Part shown: in pieces, positions 59,590-64,000 of the stretch
How positions within the stretch are numbered: the stretch's first letter is position 1
How the letters are laid out: every line of letters starts with the position of its first letter
NCBI RefSeq assembly: GCF_009914755.1
Contig: NC_060938.1
Length of the DNA: 64,000 bases
Direction: 5' to 3' (one strand)
Source: the human T2T-CHM13v2.0 reference genome, Homo sapiens
Notes under the pieces: model-generated
Databases searched by the model: none
What the model was told of the DNA's origin: nothing
Seen by the model: only the letters and a program-made list of their open reading frames with translations
Position numbers and translations under genes: made by a program

Positions 59590-61832
59590 AAGTTTTTTTA
59601 AATTTTTTTTTATTTTTATAGATTCAGAGGATAAATGTACAGTTTTGTTACACGGATATATATGTATAGTGTTGGGGTTTGGGCTTCTAGTATACCCATC
59701 ACCCAAATAGTGAACATCATACTGAATAGGTAATTTTTCAAACCTCACCCCTGCTCCACCAATCTCCTTCATTCTGGGATCCCCAGTGTTTATTATCTTC
59801 TTCTGCGTGTCTGTGTGTACCCATTGTTTAGCTCCTACTTGTAAGAGAACATGGAGTGTTTAATTTCCTGTTCCCGAGTTATTTCACTTAGAATAATGGC
59901 CTCCAGCACCATTCATGTTGCTGAAAACAAAACAAAACAAAACAAAAAGATTGCTTTCATGACATTGCTATTGCAAATAGTGCTGAAATAAACATACATA
60001 TGTCTTTTTGATAGAACTATTTCTTTTCCTTTGGGTAGATACCCAGTAGTGGAGTTACTGAGTCAAATGCTTGTGCTATTTTTAGTTCTTTAAGAGATCT
60101 CCATACTGTTTTCCACATCGACAGAAGTTGTACTAATTTACATCCCCACCAACATTGTATAAGTGTTCCCTTTTCTCCACATCCTTGCCAATGTCAGTTG
60201 TTTTCTTACTTTTTAATAATGGCCATTCTGACTGATATGAGATGGTATCTCATTGTGGTTTTAATGTGGTTTTAACTGCAGGATTGTTAGTTTGTTGGTT
60301 ACTTATATGTCTACTTTTGAGAAATGTCTGTTCATGTCTTTTGCCCACTTTTTAATGGGGGGTTGTTTTATTCTTATTGAGTTGTGTGAGTTCCTTCTAG
60401 ATTCTGAATATTAGTCATTCATTGGAGACAAAGTGCAAAAATATTTTCTCCCATTATGTAGGTTGTCTGTTTACTGTGTTGACTACTTATTTTGCTATGC
60501 AGAAGCTTTTTAGTTTAATTAAGTCCAATTTGTCTATTTTTGTTTTTGTTGCATTTGCTTTTGAGGTCTTAATCATAAATTCTTTGCCTAGAGTTTTTCC
60601 TACATTTTCTTCTAGGATTTTTATAGTTTCAGGTCTTACATTTAAGTCTTTAATCCATCTTGAGTTAATTTTTGTATATGTTGAAAAATAGGGGTTCAGT
60701 TTCATTCTTCTGCATATAGCTAGCCAATTTTTCCAGCACCATTTAGTGAATAGAGTGTCCTTTCCCCATTGTTTATTTTTGTTGACTTAATCAAATATCA
60801 GTTGATTGTGGATATTTGGCTTTATCTCTGGGGTCTCTATTCTGTTTCATTGATCTGTGTCTGTTTTTATAGTAGTACCATGATGTTTTGGTTACTAAAG
60901 CCTTGTAGTATAATTTGAAGTCAGAAAATGTTATGCCTTTAGCTTTGTTCTTTTTGCTTAGGATTGATTTGGCTATTTGGGATTTCTTTTGGTTCTATAG
61001 GAATTTTAGGATTGTTTTTTCTAATTCTGTGAAACATGACATTGGCAATTTGATAGGAATTGCACTGAATTTGTATATTGCTCTGGACAGCACGGTTGTT
61101 GATTCAGTAACAATGTTGATTCTTCCTATTATGAGCATAAGATGTTTTTCCATTTGTTTGTGTCATCTGTGATTTGTTTCATCAGTGTTTTGTAGTTCTC
61201 CTTGTACCTCCTTGGTTAAATTTTTCCTGGGTATTTTATTTTTTTGTGGCTATCACAAATCAGACTGAATTATTGATTTGGTTCTCGCCTTGGTTGTCAT
61301 TGGTGTATAGAAATGCTACTGATTTTTGGCCGGACACAGTGGCTCACACCTGTAATCCCAGCACTTTGGGAGGCTGAGGCGGGCAGATCACGAGGTCAGG
61401 AGATCAAGACCATCCTGGCTAACACGGTGAACCCCGTCTCTACTAAAAATACAAAAAATTAGCCAGGTGTGGTGGCACATGCCTGTAGTCCCAGCTATTC
61501 AGGAGGCTGAGGCAGGAGAATCGCTTGGACCCAGGAGGCGGAGGTTGCACTGAGCCAAGATCATGCCCTTGCACTCCAGCCTAGGTGACAGAGTGAGATT
61601 CTGTCTCAATAAAATAAAATAAAATAAATGCTACTGATTTTTGTATGTTGGTTTTGTATCCTTAAACTTTTCTGAAGTCATTTATGAAGTCTAAGAATGT
61701 TTCAGAGGATCTTTAGAGTTTTGTAGGTATAAGATTGTGTCATCTCATAACGGAGATAATTTGACTTCCTCTTTTCCAATTTGGATGCCTTTTACTTTTT
61801 TCTCTTGATTGATTTCTCTGGCTAGGACTTTC
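59590..61832 (-). mobile_element. 5'-truncated L1PB (PB3/4-like), interrupted by an Alu
   Basis: L1PB 3' UTR (cagttttgttacacggatat...tacccatcacccaaatagtg), ORF2 peptide at 60487-60705, possible TSD cagatg(a/c)tt at 59581 and 61833. Confidence 0.85.
61328..61625 (+). mobile_element. AluSc/Sc8-like
   Basis: gatcacgaggtcaggagatc..ggctaacacgg together with gaatcgcttg. Perfect 17-bp TSD aaatgctactgattttt at 61311-61327 and 61626-61642. Confidence 0.95.
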
Positions 61833-64000
61833 CAGATGCTTTTTAATTTTTTTTGTTTTTTTGCTTCTCTGAATTCTGTCAACATCTTTATAATAAACAT
61901 GCATTATTTTTATATAGAAAAATTACAAAATTTTAAGAAGAACATTGACAAAGGAATACACACATTATTAGAAGGATAAATGCCTTACCTCATGAGACAT
62001 ACTTCAAAAAATAATATGAAAGAGAAATCCCGACTGGGCTGAATACCAGACAACCTGGGATCTTGATTAAAAAATGCAGAATCCTGGACTCCTTCTTTAT
62101 CAAATTCTCCAGGAAGTTCTGATGTAGACTTTAACTAATAGGGTTTTGGAAATTCCCAGGAGAGTTCAATCTTGTGGCATCTCTATGATTTTAGTTAATA
62201 TTTTTCCCTTACCTAAACCTTTCATGTTTCCAGACATAGTTTCAGAGAATCTCATTTGATGTAGGTTTATTTTAAGGAATCAAGAGAAAGTAAGTGTCAA
62301 ATCCTTGTTTGGACTTCAGTGATAACTACACCATTGGGCCTCATGGATAACGAAAGCCATCAGGACAAAATGCATCTAGAGTGGCCTGGCCACACCTCAG
62401 GAAGCAGGTGTCTGAACACCCTCTGCTAATTCCCTTATGGTCTCCCAGTTACTCTGGGGAGGCTGCTATGTACTCACTTCACTCATTAAATCAGGCAGCT
62501 TCTGCTTGCTTATGTCTTCTCTCCCTCATGGCTTCCTGGGTCCCATTTGCTTGTGCTTTCTCTTTCTCTCCTTTTATCTTTCCCCTTCTGTTCCTTCCAC
62601 TGAATCTCTTCTTCACTCTTCAGTGCTGAATGCTGGGCACCTTGCCAAAGGCATCTGCCTTTGGGTGAGACATTCACCCATGGTCCAGTCCTCTGTGGCA
62701 GTGCAGCCATGTGTTACAGAGCATGGACTATGCTGAAGAAACCACAAATGCCTTCATTCATTCATTCATTCAAAAAAGTGCTATGGAACAATTACTGTGT
62801 GCCAGGCAGTATTATTCTCTCAGAAGCAGTTGTAGCTTTGGAAGGTCCTCAGAGTGTTTTAGAGCTTTCTCTGATTTTTTCTTGTATCTAGGTTTAGCAT
62901 TTAGACATTAGTGGGAGTGGCTTATTGACTCAAGGGGGAAATGATCCTGAAGGAGAGGAGTCAAGTTTCTTTTCAGAACTCTCTTGTCCCTCTTTGTTGA
63001 GTCTGTCTGCTCTGATCAACTGATTTTTTTTTCCAGAGAGAGGCTGCTGAGCAACATCCTGCTCATTTCCACAGTGGCCTAATTTGATCCTGGGAACAAA
63101 TACTCCTGCCTGTGGTTTCTTCCTTCCGACACTTCAGTGGTTTGATTATGGAACCAATTAAGGGATTTACCTCCTCTTGCCTTGCTTATTTAGTGTATTT
63201 TAATATAATGCAAATAAGTTTTAATTGCTCATTTCTGTTCAGCAGTCTAGCATGTCCCTAATCAGGTGGAGGGAGAAGGCACTGTTCTTTCTTTGGAGCT
63301 GTCAGGGCTGTCAGCACTAGCGTGGGGTGGGTGTGTGACAGACAGCCTGATGTAGTGGCTACACAGAAGAAGGAAACTGACTATGGAGGACACATACCTC
63401 TCTCTACCCTTACCTTCCTCTTGCACCTTTTTGATTCTTTGAGACCGTGATACTCTTTTCATGTCATAGAAATTGGAGGCTCAGAGAATCAGTGTTTCAT
63501 TATCAATTGTCAGCCCAGAATTTGGGCTTTTTGACCTTGAAGCTTAGAATCTTTCTAGTGAGGTTTCCTGTTGCTGCAAGGGAGGATCCTATGGAACTCG
63601 CCTTTTTTCATGAATAAATGAACAATGAGAGGCTTTAAATTAAGTAGCGTGGGTAAACAAAGGTAAATCTGTCTGGCTCCTTCTCCTACTCCTCATTTGA
63701 AGTGTATATTATTCTCATTGTGGGCTCAACTGAAATTCCATTTTTCCACTGAAGCTTTTCAAGACCTTTTTAGCCTATGCAAGGTTTACCTGATTTGAAT
63801 TTTTATTTTTTTATGATCCATTCAGGGCTCGGATTGTATCTGTATTATTGTCACTTATATTTTTATCATATGTCCTATCACAATAGACAGTTGACAAACT
63901 ATTTGAAGGGCAGAGTCCAGGGACCTCTTCCTGTGAATTCTAGCTGTATATATTTGCAAGTGATCATTACTCAATGTTGGTTGGTTGACTGATTTTGGAA

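Overview
Primate (human-like), AT-rich, repeat-dominated genomic DNA with no intact protein-coding gene, tRNA, rRNA or CRISPR array that I can support. Most of the window is a layered record of retroelements: L1 of many ages (L1ME/MC/MA/PB/PA), including a near full-length but dead ~5.9 kb L1PA5-like copy at 32880-38804; Alus; MIR/L2; solo LTRs (MSTB, THE1B, THE1D, MLT1, MLT2A, MER11, MER41A, LTR16/33-like), many with readable target-site duplications (TSDs); and small DNA-transposon relics (MADE1, MER5). The only gene-derived sequence is one heavily decayed family-7 (OR7E-like) olfactory receptor pseudogene at ~25886-26820. Nearly all ORFs in the supplied track are broken L1 ORF1/ORF2 pieces or chance ORFs. 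I found no evidence for a new multi-gene biological system. The best second-look items are: a 32-bp-arm hairpin at 28124-28191; an LTR (MER21-like) 3' fragment apparently retroposed by L1 machinery; an inverted L1 pair sharing two non-consensus variants (possible gene conversion or inversion substrate); an L1-L1 junction suggesting an insertion-associated deletion; and several well-formed candidate exons, including a 21-nt microexon. Subfamily names come from my recollection of consensus sequences and need RepeatMasker/Dfam confirmation.
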